A DNA stretch of 64,000 nt from an uncultured Methanoregulaceae archaeon (GCA_963717525.1 OY970343.1:1760001-1824000); one strand, 5' to 3'. Shown: positions 51,606 to 63,703, counted from the first letter of the stretch. The notes: generated by a model from the sequence alone, not told the origin. Numbers and translations are program-made.

Positions 51606-52195
51606 ACGCACCGACCGTTCTTATCGTCGACTGCTACGACAGCTTCACATTCAACCTGTACCAACAGGTCGGAAAACTCGGGGCGCGGCCCGTAGTCCTG
51701 ACCTGTGATACGCCGCTTGCGAAGCTCGAAAAAACTGCCTGCGACCGGATCATCCTCTCGCCCGGTCCCGGAACGCCGGAAGAGTCCGGGGTCTGCCTGG
51801 AGGTCATTGATACGATGAGCAAAACGATCCCAACGCTCGGGGTCTGCCTCGGCCACCAGGCCATCTGCACCGCGTTTGGCGGCCGGGTTACCCGGTCGGG
51901 GCACCTGATGCATGGCAAGACCTCGGAGATCAAAAACGACGGACGGGGCGTGTATGTGGGCCTGCCAACCCCGTTTACCGCCACCCGCTACCACTCGCTG
52001 GTTGCAGAACGGGAGACGCTCCCCTCGGAACTTGAGGTCGTGGCCGAGAGCCTCGACGATGGTTTTGTGATGGGCGTCCGGCACACGAAATACCCGATCG
52101 AGGGTGTGCAATTCCACCCGGAGAGCATCCTCTCTCCCGATGGCGATGCACTCATGAAAAATTTTCTCTTTGGATCGCGGGTGAGGAACGCATGA
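51602..52195 (+). CDS. trpG: Anthranilate synthase component II
   Basis: [34 protein letters not shown]. Confidence 0.96.
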   Translation: MNAPTVLIVDCYDSFTFNLYQQVGKLGARPVVLTCDTPLAKLEKTACDRIILSPGPGTPEESGVCLEVIDTMSKTIPTLGVCLGHQAICTAFGGRVTRSGHLMHGKTSEIKNDGRGVYVGLPTPFTATRYHSLVAERETLPSELEVVAESLDDGFVMGVRHTKYPIEGVQFHPESILSPDGDALMKNFLFGSRVRNA

Positions 52196-53211
52196 CCATG
52201 AAGGAAGCCATCGCCGCTGTGGTGGAGGGACGGGACCTTACACCTGTCGAAGCAGCTGAGGTGATGAACGAGATCATGAAGGGGCAGGCAACACCGGCCC
52301 AGATCGGCGGATTTTTAATCGCGCTCCGCGTGAAAGGCGAGACGCCGGAAGAGATAGCGACGTTTGCGCGCGTCATGCGGAACCATGCGATCAGCGTAAG
52401 ACCGCGGGTGCCCGGGACGCTGGTCGATACCTGTGGCACCGGGGGCGATGGGGCGCAGACTTTCAACATCAGCACCGCTGCCGCCTTCGTTGCCGCGGGA
52501 GCCGGCATTACGGTGGTCAAGCACGGCAACCGGGGCGTGAGCAGCCGGTGCGGATCGGCAGACGTCCTTGCTGCTCTGGGTGTCGCCATCGCGGTGGACC
52601 CGGGCCGGCAGGCAGATATCATGCAGGAGACCGGGATCATCTTCCTCTTTGCGCCCAGCCACCATCCGGCCATGAAACATGTCATGGCCACACGGCAGGA
52701 TCTTGGCTGCCGGACGGTCTTTAACCTCCTTGGCCCGCTCGCAAACCCGGCAGGTGCAGATGCGCAGGTCCTGGGCGTGTACACAAAAGACCTCACCGGG
52801 CCGATCGCGGAGGTACTGCGCATTCTCGGCGTCTCCCGGGCAATGGTTGTACATGGCAGCGGCCTTGACGAGATCACGGTCACAGGCGAGACTACCGTTA
52901 CGGAGCTTGACGGTAGCCGGATACAGGAGTACACCCTGTCACCGGAGATGTTCGGATTTGCCCGGGCTGCGCCTGCCGATATTCTGGGAGGCAGCCCGGA
53001 GGAGAACGCACGCATTATCAGTGCGGTTTTTGCAGGGGAGCTGGGCCCGGCACGCGACATCGTGCTCCTGAACGCGGGAGCTGCCATCTATGTGGGCGGC
53101 CGGGCTGCAACTCTTGCAGAAGGTATCCGGCGTGCTGCCGAATCCATCGATTCCGGGAAGGCGAAAGGAAAACTGGATGCGCTCATCAGTGCGACGCGGG
53201 GTGCGTCATGA
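52192..53211 (+). CDS. trpD: Anthranilate phosphoribosyltransferase
   Basis: [23 protein letters not shown]. Confidence 0.97.
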   Translation: MTMKEAIAAVVEGRDLTPVEAAEVMNEIMKGQATPAQIGGFLIALRVKGETPEEIATFARVMRNHAISVRPRVPGTLVDTCGTGGDGAQTFNISTAAAFVAAGAGITVVKHGNRGVSSRCGSADVLAALGVAIAVDPGRQADIMQETGIIFLFAPSHHPAMKHVMATRQDLGCRTVFNLLGPLANPAGADAQVLGVYTKDLTGPIAEVLRILGVSRAMVVHGSGLDEITVTGETTVTELDGSRIQEYTLSPEMFGFARAAPADILGGSPEENARIISAVFAGELGPARDIVLLNAGAAIYVGGRAATLAEGIRRAAESIDSGKAKGKLDALISATRGAS

Positions 53212-53963
53212 TCCTTGACGAAATTGTCAACCGAACAAAAAAGCGGGTGGAGCGGCTGCCGGATACCTTCCCGGAGCCGAATGGGTTCAGCCGCACAAGC
53301 CTTGAAGCAGCCATCCGTTCTTCAGAACAGAAGAACCCGGTGATCGCCGAGATCAAGTGCGCCTCGCCCTCCGGCGGGATCATTCGCAGGAACGTGGATA
53401 TGGGAATGATGGCCGGGGTCCTCGCGAACCATGGCTGTGTCGGGATCTCGGTCCTGACCGAGCCGTATTTCTTTGGGGGCTCGGGAGCAGACATTGCCCG
53501 GGTCAAAAAGGCGGTCGGTGTGCCGGTCCTGCGGAAGGATTTTGTCATTGACCTGCGCCAGATCCCTGAGACAAAGGCGCTCGGGGCTGATGCGGTGCTC
53601 CTGATTGCCGCAGTCCTCAAGGGCCGGCTTCCTGAGTTTGTCGACGCCGTATACAATGCCGGCCTCGAACCACTCGTAGAGGTTCACACTGCAACAGAGA
53701 TCGACTGCGCCCTTGCCACTAATGCACAGATGATCGGGATCAACAACCGGGATCTTGCAACCATGACCATCGACCGGTCCACAACACGAAAACTTTCAAA
53801 CCGGCTGCGGGAAGAAAACCGGCTCATTGTTTCCGAGAGTGGGATACGGTCGGCGGACGATATCCGGGAACTCCGGCCGTACTGCGATGCATTTTTGATC
53901 GGGTCATCGATCATGGCAGACAAGAGACCCGATAAAAAACTGGAGGAGTTCTTGTGCGCATAA
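53208..53963 (+). CDS. trpC: Indole-3-glycerol phosphate synthase
   Basis: [29 protein letters not shown]. Confidence 0.96.
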   Translation: MILDEIVNRTKKRVERLPDTFPEPNGFSRTSLEAAIRSSEQKNPVIAEIKCASPSGGIIRRNVDMGMMAGVLANHGCVGISVLTEPYFFGGSGADIARVKKAVGVPVLRKDFVIDLRQIPETKALGADAVLLIAAVLKGRLPEFVDAVYNAGLEPLVEVHTATEIDCALATNAQMIGINNRDLATMTIDRSTTRKLSNRLREENRLIVSESGIRSADDIRELRPYCDAFLIGSSIMADKRPDKKLEEFLCA

Positions 53964-54530
53964 AGATCTGCGGGATCACCCGCAAAGAAGACGCACGGTT
54001 CGCGGAGTTGGCCGGGGCTGATGCAATTGGTGTTGTCATGTTCTCCCCATCCTCGCCCCGCTCGGTGACTGAGGAAAAGGCCCGGGAAATCTTTGGCGCG
54101 CTCGGGCCGTTTGTGACCCGGGTCATTGTCACGCACACGCGATCTGATGATGATCTCAAGCGAATTCTTACGCTCCGTCCGGATGCGATCCAGATATCGC
54201 ACCCATTTGTCTTTGCTGAAGCGCCGGGTGCCCGGGTGCTCCGGGTGATCGGGCGCGGGGACGCCGGGCCTGCGGACTGCGATGCAGTGATCGTGGACGA
54301 AAGCATGGGCGCTGGCCGGCACTTCGACCGCGCGTTTGCGAAGGAGATTGTAGCAGAGATCCGCGGTGCCGGTCATCCTTGCCGGGGGGCTCACCCCGGA
54401 AAATGTCGGGGACGCGATCCGGGAGATCCGGCCCTACGCTGTCGATGTCGCAAGCGGTGTCGAAGAGAGACCGGGAATAAAGGATCACAAAAAAATCGCG
54501 GCTTTCATCGTCGCAGCACGGGTGGCATGA
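53954..54530 (+). CDS. trpF: Phosphoribosylanthranilate isomerase; +1 frameshift near 54356
   Basis: IKICGIT, SPR; shifted frame reads [13 protein letters not shown]...AVDVASGVE...KD, stop at 54530. Confidence 0.92.
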
Positions 54531-54531
54531 T

Positions 54532-55698
54532 ATGGGAGGGAAAGGACGGTTCGGGAAGTATGGGGGGCAGTACGTGCCGGAAACACTCATGAACGCACTC
54601 ATCGAACTCGAAGAGGCCTACCGGAATGCAGCGCACGACCCGGCATTTGAAAAGGAACTCGCCGCATACCAGTCGGAATACGCAGGCCGCCCGACACCGC
54701 TCACGTTCTGCGAAAACATGTCCCGGGACCTCGGTTTCAGGGTGTACCTGAAGCGCGAGGATCTTGTCCACGGCGGGTCGCACAAGCTCAACAACACGCT
54801 CGGGCAGGCACTCCTTGCAAAACGGATGGGTAAGAAACGACTGATCGCTGAGACCGGCGCCGGGCAGCACGGGGTCGCAACCGCAATTGCCGGGGCGGTG
54901 CTCGGTTTTAAAGTCGATGTCTTCATGGGCGAGGTCGACACGAAACGCCAGGCCCTCAACGTCTTCCGGATGGAACTGATGGGCGCAACAGTCCACCCGG
55001 TAAATTCCGGAACAAAAACGCTCAAGGACGCTACAAACGAGGCACTCCGCAACTGGGTGGCAAACGTAAATGACACGCACTACCTGATCGGATCGGTCGT
55101 CGGCCCGCACCCGTTCCCGACTATTGTGAGGGATTTCCAGTCGGTGATCGGGCACGAAGCCCGGGAGCAGGTCATGCGAAAAGAGGGAAGAATGCCGGAC
55201 GCCATCGTTGCCTGTGTCGGCGGGGGCTCGAACGCGATTGGTATCTTCCACCCGTTCCTTGACGATGACGTGGAGTTTATCGGCATCGAAGCGGCCGGCA
55301 AAGGACTCGATACGCCGGAGCATTCCGCAACCCTCTGCACCGGGGATCCCGGTGTGCTGCACGGCACGCTCTCGTACCTGTTGCAGGATAAAGACGGGCA
55401 GGTGCTTCCAACGCACAGCATTGCGGCCGGTCTCGATTACCCCGGCGTCGGCCCCGAGCATGCGATGCTCAAGGACTCGCACCGGGTTTCCTACCACGCG
55501 GTCCGGGACCCGGACGTGCTTTGTGCATTCCGGTACCTCTCGCGGACTGAGGGGATCATCCCGGCGCTCGAATCCTCCCACGCGGTCGCGTATGTCCTGC
55601 AAAACCGGGACCGGTTTGACAAGGGTGACGTAGTGATCATCAACCTGTCAGGCCGGGGCGACAAGGATGTTGCGGGAATTGCACCGGAGGTGGAGTGA
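54532..55698 (+). CDS. trpB: Tryptophan synthase beta chain (TrpB1)
   Basis: LKREDL...[27 protein letters not shown]. Confidence 0.98.
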   Translation: MGGKGRFGKYGGQYVPETLMNALIELEEAYRNAAHDPAFEKELAAYQSEYAGRPTPLTFCENMSRDLGFRVYLKREDLVHGGSHKLNNTLGQALLAKRMGKKRLIAETGAGQHGVATAIAGAVLGFKVDVFMGEVDTKRQALNVFRMELMGATVHPVNSGTKTLKDATNEALRNWVANVNDTHYLIGSVVGPHPFPTIVRDFQSVIGHEAREQVMRKEGRMPDAIVACVGGGSNAIGIFHPFLDDDVEFIGIEAAGKGLDTPEHSATLCTGDPGVLHGTLSYLLQDKDGQVLPTHSIAAGLDYPGVGPEHAMLKDSHRVSYHAVRDPDVLCAFRYLSRTEGIIPALESSHAVAYVLQNRDRFDKGDVVIINLSGRGDKDVAGIAPEVE

Positions 55699-56492
55699 TG
55701 GGGCGAATCGATAAAATTTTCCGGAAGAAAGGCGCAACGGCTTTTATCGGTTTTGCCGTGGCAGGGGATCCGGATAAGGAAACCTCGGTCCGTATCGCAA
55801 AGGCGCTCATCGATGGCGGGACGGACATCCTCGAACTGGGAGTTCCGTTCTCGGACCCGGTGGCAGACGGCCCGACCATCCAGCGGGCGGACGACCGGGC
55901 GCTCGCTGCAGGCACCACGCCCGATACGATCTTTGCGATCGTCCGGGATGTCAGGGCATATTCCGATATCCCGATTGTCTTTCTCACGTACTTCAACACG
56001 ATCTACCGGCGTGGCATCGACCGGTTCTACTGCGAAGCTCACGAGGCCGGCGTTGATGGCATTCTTGTGGCCGACATGCCGGTCGAAGAGTCCGGCGAGG
56101 TCATGGAGATCGCGCAGAAATATGGGATCGATCCGATCTTCCTTATCACGCGAACAACGTCTGATGAGCGCATGGATACAATCGTGCGGCGGGCGCGGGG
56201 CTATCTCTACCTCGTCTCGGTGCTTGGTGTCACGGGCGCACGAAAGGAGGTCTCTCCCGAGGCCCTCGCCCTTCTCCACAGGGTCAGGAAACATACAAAG
56301 ATTCCGCTCGCCCTCGGGTTTGGGATCTCCACACCGGATCATGTGGCAACCTGCCGGCGGGCCGGGGCAGATGGTGTAATCGTCGGGAGTGCCATTGTGG
56401 ATATTGTCGAGCGGCACCTTGGCGATCCCGATGCGATGGAGACCTCACTTCGTCGATATGTTACCGGGATGAAAGACGCAGCGGAAAAGTGA
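55695..56492 (+). CDS. trpA: Tryptophan synthase alpha chain
   Basis: [30 protein letters not shown]. Confidence 0.97.
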   Translation: MMGRIDKIFRKKGATAFIGFAVAGDPDKETSVRIAKALIDGGTDILELGVPFSDPVADGPTIQRADDRALAAGTTPDTIFAIVRDVRAYSDIPIVFLTYFNTIYRRGIDRFYCEAHEAGVDGILVADMPVEESGEVMEIAQKYGIDPIFLITRTTSDERMDTIVRRARGYLYLVSVLGVTGARKEVSPEALALLHRVRKHTKIPLALGFGISTPDHVATCRRAGADGVIVGSAIVDIVERHLGDPDAMETSLRRYVTGMKDAAEK

Positions 56493-56594
56493 GATCTTCA
56501 AAATGCGGGCTGGATTTGAAGAACGTGAACAAACCCCGAAAAACAATTCGATCTTTTTTTATGACGGACGGGTAAACATTGTTCGATCTGGATC

Positions 56595-56924
56595 ATGAAA
56601 TCGAGATTCGCTGTAGTTCTTATTCTTGGACTCTGTGTTGCTGCCTGTATCATCATTGCCGGCTGCACCCAGCAGTCCTCATCTGTACCGACAACCGCCC
56701 CCACGCCGGCCACGACCCCGACCGTTCAGGCTGTCCCGACCGGGACGGCCGGTATGCCCAATCCCGCCGCGGTCAACTGCGGCAATGTTGGCGGTACCAC
56801 CGAGATCATGATGAACCCTGACGGCAGCCAGTACGGCATGTGCAATTTCCCGAATGGAACGTCCTGTGAGGAGTGGGCGCTCTTCCGTGGCGAAGGCTGC
56901 AAGGCTGGAAACGTAACTGCATAA
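56595..56924 (+). CDS. DUF333-domain lipoprotein
   Basis: Lipobox-like IAGC, Thr/Pro linker, MPNPAAVNC...GG...GMC.FPNG..CEEWALFRG. Confidence 0.85.
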   Translation: MKSRFAVVLILGLCVAACIIIAGCTQQSSSVPTTAPTPATTPTVQAVPTGTAGMPNPAAVNCGNVGGTTEIMMNPDGSQYGMCNFPNGTSCEEWALFRGEGCKAGNVTA

Positions 56925-57026
56925 GCGGAAAACACCTTTTTTTATGAGATTAAATCCCGGCCTGACCGGGAAGAGTCCCTGCCCGCACGATAAAATATAC
57001 CCATAGTGCCGGCAAACAACATCATC

Positions 57027-58367
57027 ATGCAGGCAGACATCCCCCGGATCGTGATTGCCGGCACGCACAGCGGCTGCGGCAAGACCACGATCGCAAGCGG
57101 CCTGATGGCAGCCCTCGTGGCCCGTGGTCTGGACGTCCAGCCGTTCAAGACCGGGCCTGACTTCATCGATCCCTCCCACCACACGCTCATATGCGGCAGG
57201 GCGTCGAGAAATCTCGACCCCTGCATGATGGGAGAGTCCGGGGTGCTCCGGACCTTTGCAGATGCAACAACGGGCGCCGATATCGCCGTCATCGAAGGGG
57301 CCATGGGAATGTTTGACGGGACCGGGGGCACGGACACCGCCAGTGCGGCCCATATAGCCCGGATTCTCAAAGCACCGGTCATCCTCGTTGTCGATGCGCA
57401 TGCGGTCTCACGCAGCATCCACGCCGTCATCCGGGGCTTTAAGGACTTCGATCCCCGGGTGACCGTTGCCGGTATCATCTACAATCGGATCGGGAGCGAC
57501 CGGCACCGGACGATGATCGCGCGGGAAGAGATCGTCCCGGCGCTTGGCTGGGTGCCCCGACACCAGGAGTGCGAGGTCAAGAGCCGACACCTCGGCCTTG
57601 TCATGGCGTCCGAATCGCCGGCAATGAAGGCATTCGGTCGCGTGATCCAGGAGTCATGCGATCTCGAACGGATACTCGCAGTTGCAGCAGCGGCCCCCCC
57701 GCTAGCGGTTCCCGGAAGCTCAGCGCACAAGCCGCATCCATCGCACCGCCATGCGGTGATCGGGGTCGCGCATGACGACGCGTTCTGCTTCTATTACCAG
57801 GACAATCTCGACCGGCTGAGCCGTGCCGGGGCGGAGCTCCGGTATTTCTCGCCTCTCCTGGACACGGAGCCGGAGGTGGATGCGGTCTACATCGGGGGAG
57901 GATACCCCGAGCTCCACGCAGCAGCGCTCGAACGCTCGCGGTTCAGGAAGTACCTCCGCAACAGGGTCACGGAGGGCATGCCGGTGTACGGGGAGTGCGG
58001 CGGGCTTATGTACTTGTGCAGATCCCTTAAAACAGACAGGAAATACGCGATGGCCGGAGTGTTCCCGGCCCGGGCGGAGATGACAAAAAAACTCCAGGCG
58101 CTGGGATATGTTCGCGGCACATTCACTGCCCGGCCCGGCCTCTGGACAGGAACGTTGGCGGTCCGGGGCCACGAGTTCCATTACTCCCGGGTCGGATGCG
58201 ATGCCGATGCCCGGTTTGCGATCCGGCTCGGGCAGGGGTCCGGGATCCGGGAGGGAAACGACGGGCTTGTGGAACATGCAGCAATCGGCGCGTACACCCA
58301 CGCGTATTTCACCGACGCGTTCGCGCGACGCTTTGTTGATGCCGCGGCGGCCTCTTCACGACATTAG
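57027..58367 (+). CDS. Cobyrinate (or Ni-sirohydrochlorin) a,c-diamide synthase, CbiA/CfbB family
   Basis: SGCGKTT, KTGPDFID, EGAMG, SRHLGL, GGYPE, ECGG, HEFH. Confidence 0.9.
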   Translation: MQADIPRIVIAGTHSGCGKTTIASGLMAALVARGLDVQPFKTGPDFIDPSHHTLICGRASRNLDPCMMGESGVLRTFADATTGADIAVIEGAMGMFDGTGGTDTASAAHIARILKAPVILVVDAHAVSRSIHAVIRGFKDFDPRVTVAGIIYNRIGSDRHRTMIAREEIVPALGWVPRHQECEVKSRHLGLVMASESPAMKAFGRVIQESCDLERILAVAAAAPPLAVPGSSAHKPHPSHRHAVIGVAHDDAFCFYYQDNLDRLSRAGAELRYFSPLLDTEPEVDAVYIGGGYPELHAAALERSRFRKYLRNRVTEGMPVYGECGGLMYLCRSLKTDRKYAMAGVFPARAEMTKKLQALGYVRGTFTARPGLWTGTLAVRGHEFHYSRVGCDADARFAIRLGQGSGIREGNDGLVEHAAIGAYTHAYFTDAFARRFVDAAAASSRH

Positions 58368-58456
58368 GGGAGGAACATAAAAAAACGCCCCGTATGAGGG
58401 GGATTCCCCTAACAGAAATGGTATAAAGGCTGCAGTCCATCCTCAGAATGTGGACT

Positions 58457-58888
58457 ATGACCGGTAGACTCCGCATCCTCTTTATCTGCACCGCAAACGC
58501 CGCCCGTTCCCAGATGGCGGAAAGTTACCTCAAGACGAAATACAGCGACAGGTACGAGGTCTTCTCGGCAGGATTCCGCCCATCCGGGCGGATAAGTACC
58601 CGTGCGATTGAGGTGATGAAAGAGATCGGAATCGATATCTCCGGCAACCAGCCGAAATCACTCGATACGTTTAAGGGTGTCCCGTTCGATCTCGCCGTCA
58701 CGCTCTGCGACAACGCCCGTGCGGTCTGCCCGGTCGTCCCCTCGGCAAAAAGGACGATCCACCGGGGGTTTCCCGACCCCCACCTGACCCCGGGCACCGA
58801 TGCGGAGATCCTCGAAGGGTACAGAAGAGTGAGAGATGCAATCTGTACATGGATCGATGCCAGCTTCGCGCACGGGCTGCCCCTGTAA
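58457..58888 (+). CDS. arsC: Arsenate reductase / LMW-PTP family
   Basis: CTANAARSQMAE P-loop; TLCDNARAVCP; DP. Confidence 0.8.
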   Translation: MTGRLRILFICTANAARSQMAESYLKTKYSDRYEVFSAGFRPSGRISTRAIEVMKEIGIDISGNQPKSLDTFKGVPFDLAVTLCDNARAVCPVVPSAKRTIHRGFPDPHLTPGTDAEILEGYRRVRDAICTWIDASFAHGLPL

Positions 58889-58957
58889 CCACCCTGTTCT
58901 CATAATAAAGTTCATCATGCCCCGCTGCCACCATTGAACTATCGGTGCGTGATTTCC

Positions 58958-60175
58958 ATGACCGGACTGAAAAAAAAGCGGACAAACATCTACGCGGACT
59001 CACTTGCATTCCACGAGAAATATCGCGGGAAGATCGAGGTCCACTCAAAAGTCCGGCTGAAAAACCGTCGGGATCTCTCTCTTGCCTATACCCCGGGTGT
59101 CGGTGCGGTCTCAAAAGAGATCGCAAAAGACCCGCAGCTCGCTTGGAAATACACGCTCAAGGCCAACACGATTGCGATTGTATCTGATGGTTCCCGCGTG
59201 CTCTCCCTCGGAAACATCGGGGGATATGCCGCTATACCCGTAATGGAAGGAAAGGCCCTCCTCTTCAAGAAACTCGCCGGCATCGACGCCTTCCCGATCT
59301 GTTTTGAGAGTTACCACACGGAATTTGCTGACGATATCAAAAACATCGCGCCGGTCTTTGGGGGTATCGCGCTCGAGGACATCGCGGCGCCGAAGTGCTT
59401 CGAGCTCGAAGAGGCGTTGCAGGGCATCGGGATCCCGGTGATGCACGACGATCAGCATGGCACCGCGGTGGTCGTGCTCGCCGCACTCCTGAACGCTTGC
59501 CGGGTGACGGGCAAACCGTTCGGGGACTTAAACATCGTCATCTGCGGGGCCGGGGCGGCGGGCTTTGCTATCACCCGCATGCTCCGGCACATCGGCTACG
59601 ACCCCGGGCTTTTCCCGAGCGTGAATGATATCATCGTCTGCGATACGCAGGGGATCATCCACCGTGAGCGCGAAGGACTCTACACGAACAAATACAAGTT
59701 CATCATTGCCGAGGAGACCAACCGGGGAGGGCGCATGGGGACGCTTGCCGATGCGATGGATGGGGCGGATGTCTGCATCGGTGTCTCGGTGCCGGGAATC
59801 GTGACACCTGCAATGATTCGGACGATGGCAGATGACCCGATCATCTTTGCGCTGGCAAGCCCCCTTCCCGAGATCCTGCCAAAGGACGCCCTGCTTGCAG
59901 GGGCGGGCGTGGTAGGCACGGCGCGCAGCGAGTACCCCAACCAGATTAACTACGCTCTCGCCTTCCCGGGGATTTTCCGGGGGGCTCTCGACGTATGTGC
60001 GACCCGGATCTCCGATGAGATGAAGGTCGCAGCCGCACACGCCCTTGCCGGGTACGTCAAACATCCCCGACGGGATCGTATCCTGCCCCGGGTCCTCAAC
60101 CGCGACGTGGTCAAAGCCGTGGCAGGGGCCGTGAGCGAAGCAGCGATCGCGAGCGGCTGCGCCCGGGAATTTTAA
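58958..60175 (+). CDS. NAD(P)-dependent malic enzyme
   Basis: AYTPGV, PVMEGK, LEDI, HDDQHGT, GAGAAG, FPGIFRG. Confidence 0.93.
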   Translation: MTGLKKKRTNIYADSLAFHEKYRGKIEVHSKVRLKNRRDLSLAYTPGVGAVSKEIAKDPQLAWKYTLKANTIAIVSDGSRVLSLGNIGGYAAIPVMEGKALLFKKLAGIDAFPICFESYHTEFADDIKNIAPVFGGIALEDIAAPKCFELEEALQGIGIPVMHDDQHGTAVVVLAALLNACRVTGKPFGDLNIVICGAGAAGFAITRMLRHIGYDPGLFPSVNDIIVCDTQGIIHREREGLYTNKYKFIIAEETNRGGRMGTLADAMDGADVCIGVSVPGIVTPAMIRTMADDPIIFALASPLPEILPKDALLAGAGVVGTARSEYPNQINYALAFPGIFRGALDVCATRISDEMKVAAAHALAGYVKHPRRDRILPRVLNRDVVKAVAGAVSEAAIASGCAREF

Positions 60176-60190
60176 ACGACCGGGCCGGTG

Positions 60191-61027
60191 TTATGGCTGT
60201 TCCGGCCGGATCACCTGACAGATCTGCTTCATGAGGGTATGGTGCCGCCGGAGCTCGGCACAATACGTGCCGCTGCAATCGCTCTTTTCCACCGGCTCCC
60301 ACAAAAGCCCGCAATCGGTATCCCAGAGCACGAGCCCTTCCGCCGGCGCCGGCTGGATCGGCCGGTTCGCCGTCTCGTTAAGCAGCAACAGGATCCCATC
60401 CATATCCAATTCACCGGCGCCAACGGAAAGGAGTGCAGTGGCCATGCACCGCACCTGATGCCAAAGGAAACTTTCGGCCTTCACTTCGAGATACGTGAAC
60501 CGGCCTTCGGTCCCGATACGGGCTTCGAGAACCTTCCGCCACGGGTTCTTATCCCCCACACGGGCCAGGTTCGAGAAGTTGTGCTCGCCAATGAAGATCC
60601 CGGCCGCCGCTTCCATTGACTGCAGATCGCGCACCTGCACGGAATAATAGTACCTGTACGTACGCGACCGGGCATCGAACCGGGGGTGAAAGGCATCTGC
60701 GACTTCAGCAGACGCGGTGCACCAGACATCGAGCGGCAGCTGGAGGTTGAGCGCCTGACGGGCGCGGTCCGGATACGACGTGGAAAATGCGATGACCTGC
60801 CCGCAGGCATGTACCCCGCGATCGGTTCTCCCGGCAGAGCAGAAACCGGCTGCACGCCAGTCGGAAAAAAGATCGAGGCGCCGACACGCGGCGATAAACT
60901 CGCCTTCGACCGTGCGGCTGGACTCCTGCTGCTGCGAGCCATAGAACCGGGTACCGAGGTACGAGACCCGGAATGCAAGCCTCACCGGACGCGGAACCGC
61001 CGGGTCAGTCGTTTTATCCGTCTCCAT
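60191..61027 (-). CDS. truA: tRNA pseudouridine(38-40) synthase
   Basis: AGRTDRGVHA, RTYRY, SFLWHQVR, APAEGL. Confidence 0.95.
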   Translation of the reverse strand: METDKTTDPAVPRPVRLAFRVSYLGTRFYGSQQQESSRTVEGEFIAACRRLDLFSDWRAAGFCSAGRTDRGVHACGQVIAFSTSYPDRARQALNLQLPLDVWCTASAEVADAFHPRFDARSRTYRYYYSVQVRDLQSMEAAAGIFIGEHNFSNLARVGDKNPWRKVLEARIGTEGRFTYLEVKAESFLWHQVRCMATALLSVGAGELDMDGILLLLNETANRPIQPAPAEGLVLWDTDCGLLWEPVEKSDCSGTYCAELRRHHTLMKQICQVIRPEQP

Positions 61028-61659
61028 GTGTTGTTCAGCGACTGGCGGGTATACGTGCGCAGGGGCGTCTTTCTCCCGCCGCAGAAAACCTGCCCCTTCC
61101 GGATAGCGGTGAAGATGGCCTGGATATCCGGCTCTGCTTCGACAAACGTCCTCCCAAATCCCACAAACCGGGCGTTGTGAGCATCGCTTCCCCCGACACA
61201 GGGCTTGTTCAGCCGCGCCGCTATCCGACCAGCCTTGCGGTTGGCCGAACCCACGATGTACCGGCTGTTGAAGGCCTCGACCGCATCCACGATATTCATC
61301 GCGACGCGTATTCTCCGGGCGACGCCATGCCGCCAGACGTGGTACGGGTGGGGGAGGATCACCAGCGCCCCCATGCGCCGGGCGATCCTGACCGTCTCGC
61401 GCACATCAAGGCCTGCGGGAATAACCTCGGTCACACCCAGCACCAGCAGGTGTCCCTGCAGGGTCGAAACTTCGATGCCGGGGATAACAAGAACCGGGCT
61501 GTCGCATGCGAGCGCCTTCTTCGCCCCGTCAACGCAGTCATGGTCGGTAATGGCGATCACGTCGAGCCCGACTGCCTCGGCCTGACGGAGGATCTCTTCG
61601 ACACTGCTCTCGCCGTCCTTGGAAAAATTCGTGTGCACATGCAGATCGCAGGTCAGCAT
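60982..61659 (-). CDS. PHP-domain phosphoesterase
   Basis: DLHVHT, ITDHD, GIEVST..GH, HP, GGSDAH. Confidence 0.9.
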   Translation of the reverse strand: MLTCDLHVHTNFSKDGESSVEEILRQAEAVGLDVIAITDHDCVDGAKKALACDSPVLVIPGIEVSTLQGHLLVLGVTEVIPAGLDVRETVRIARRMGALVILPHPYHVWRHGVARRIRVAMNIVDAVEAFNSRYIVGSANRKAGRIAARLNKPCVGGSDAHNARFVGFGRTFVEAEPDIQAIFTAIRKGQVFCGGRKTPLRTYTRQSLNNTWRRIKRLTRRFRVR

Positions 61660-61700
61660 CTGATCATAGTGTTTTTATCTCTCTGGTATTAAGAAAACGT

Positions 61701-63114
61701 ATGCGTATCCTCCTCCCCACCGGGGCCGCTACGGCTGAGACGGTGCGCCGGGCAGCGGCCGGCTTCGACGCCGAGGTGGTGGTGACTGGAAAGATCGCTT
61801 CGTTCCTGACCCCGCATGCACTTCGCAACCTTATCACGAAAGGCACATACGATGTGGTATTGGTCTCCGGGATGTGCACGGTCTCGTTTGAGCGGGTGGA
61901 GCACGAGACCGGGGTGCCCGTGTATCGCGGCCCCCGGCACGCGGCTGACCTCGTATGGGTACTCCCGCTCGTGGGAAAGGTCCCGCTCTCGCGAACGGTT
62001 CCTGCCGATGATTTCCTCGCTGCAAAAAATGCAGAGGACGCGATGGCACGGGTAACGGCAACCGAGGACGGGGCGGAACCGGAGTTTGTGATCCGGGGCA
62101 CAAAAATAGGCGGGAATTCACGGATGAAAGTGCTCGCCGAGATCATGGACGCCCACCGGGTGGAGGATATCCGGGCGCTTACAGAACGGGTACTTCTCGG
62201 CCGGGGCGGATATCGTCGACCTCGGCTTCGGCTTCGATGCGACACCGGAAGATGTGAAACAGGTCTTTGGCGAACTTGCGGATATTGACCGCCCGCTCGC
62301 GGTGGACACGCAGGATCCTACCCTGATCCGGGCTGCCCTCTTCCGGGCCGATCTCGTGCTCTCGCTCCAAGAGAAAAATATAACGCTTGTGGGTAAAGAG
62401 GTGGCCCGGGCAGGGGCGGCGGCGGTTGTTGTGCCGGGCGAAAAAACGCTCATGGCAAATATCGCCCGGGCCCGACGGGCCGGGATCTGCTGCATCGTTG
62501 CTGATCCGCTCCTCCAGCCTGCCGGCTCGGGGCTCGTCACCTCGCTTGCGCATTTTAAGAAGTATAATTGTCCGCTCTTCTTTGGGGCGGGGAACGTGAC
62601 CGAGCTTCTCGATGCGGACTCGATCGGTATGAACGCCCTGCTGGCCGGCATGGCACAGGAAGCCGACGCTTCGATCATATTCACGAGCGAGCACTCGGAC
62701 AAGACCCGGGGCTCGATCCGGGAGATGCACCGGGCAACCGAGATGATGGTGCTTGCCCGGGACCGGCCCTACGCAAAGGACCTCGGTATTGATCTGCTGG
62801 TGCTCAAGGAAAAAAGGCGCCGGCGCGAACCGCCGCTCGACTATGAAACGGCAGTTGCGGCAAAAAGGATGCCCGATGAGATCACCTATGACCCCAAAGG
62901 CAACTTCCGGATCGGGATCGAAGGAGATCAGATCGTGGCTGAGGTCCACGGGAAGGCCGTGAAAGGGAGCCGCTGGCAGGATGTGCTGTACACGCTGATC
63001 GAAGGAGGCCATGTCTCGCTCCTCGACCATGCCGGCTACCTTGGCCGGGAGCTCTACAAGGCTGAACTTGCAATCCGGTACGGCAGGAGCTTCGAGCAGG
63101 ACGGAGAGTTTTAG
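61701..63114 (+). CDS. Dihydropteroate synthase-like protein with C-terminal DUF4346-like domain; +1 frameshift at GGG 62188-62190
   Basis: GPRHAADL, KVLAEI; corrected GADIVDLG; GNVTELLDADS; DPKGNF; HAGYLGREL. Confidence 0.85.
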
Positions 63115-63169
63115 CCGTGCGCGACATATTTCTCAACCCTTTTATCTCAAAACCTTCCTATCACTATAC

Positions 63170-63451
63170 ATGACCACACAGGTACGCGCATCCCACATCC
63201 TCGTAACCAAAGAGGACGATGCACATAAGATCTTAAAACGAATCAAAGACGGCGAGGACTTTGCCGCAGTCGCAAAACGCTTCTCGTCATGCCCGTCGAA
63301 AAAGAACGGTGGCGATCTTGGCTGGTTCGGTAAGGGACAGATGGTCCCCGAGTTCGAGCAGGCTGCATTTGCCGCAGAACAGGGTGCCGTCATCGGGCCG
63401 GTCAAGAGCCAGTTCGGGTACCATGTCATCAAGGTGACCGGGAAGAAATAA
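63170..63451 (+). CDS. ppiC: Parvulin-type peptidyl-prolyl isomerase
   Basis: RASHILV, SSCPS, GGDLG.F..GQMVPEFE, FGYH. Confidence 0.93.
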   Translation: MTTQVRASHILVTKEDDAHKILKRIKDGEDFAAVAKRFSSCPSKKNGGDLGWFGKGQMVPEFEQAAFAAEQGAVIGPVKSQFGYHVIKVTGKK

Positions 63452-63703
63452 CCCGATCACGTGGATGACACAATAATACATTCCAACTTTTTTCCTGACA
63501 CCGCGTTTGCGATGGCGATATTTGTTGTCAGGGCAGCAAGCAGTCAGCACCGGTTTTAAAAAAGTCCCGGCGTTCATCTTACGATCATGTCGTGGAGGAA
63601 ATTTCGGTATCCCGGTGCCGTGCTCCCCGGTAAGCTGCGAGCCTTTTTTGCATACCAGAACGAATGGATCGGTACAAGCGCCGGGACGCTTTTTTCGTGT
63701 ACC

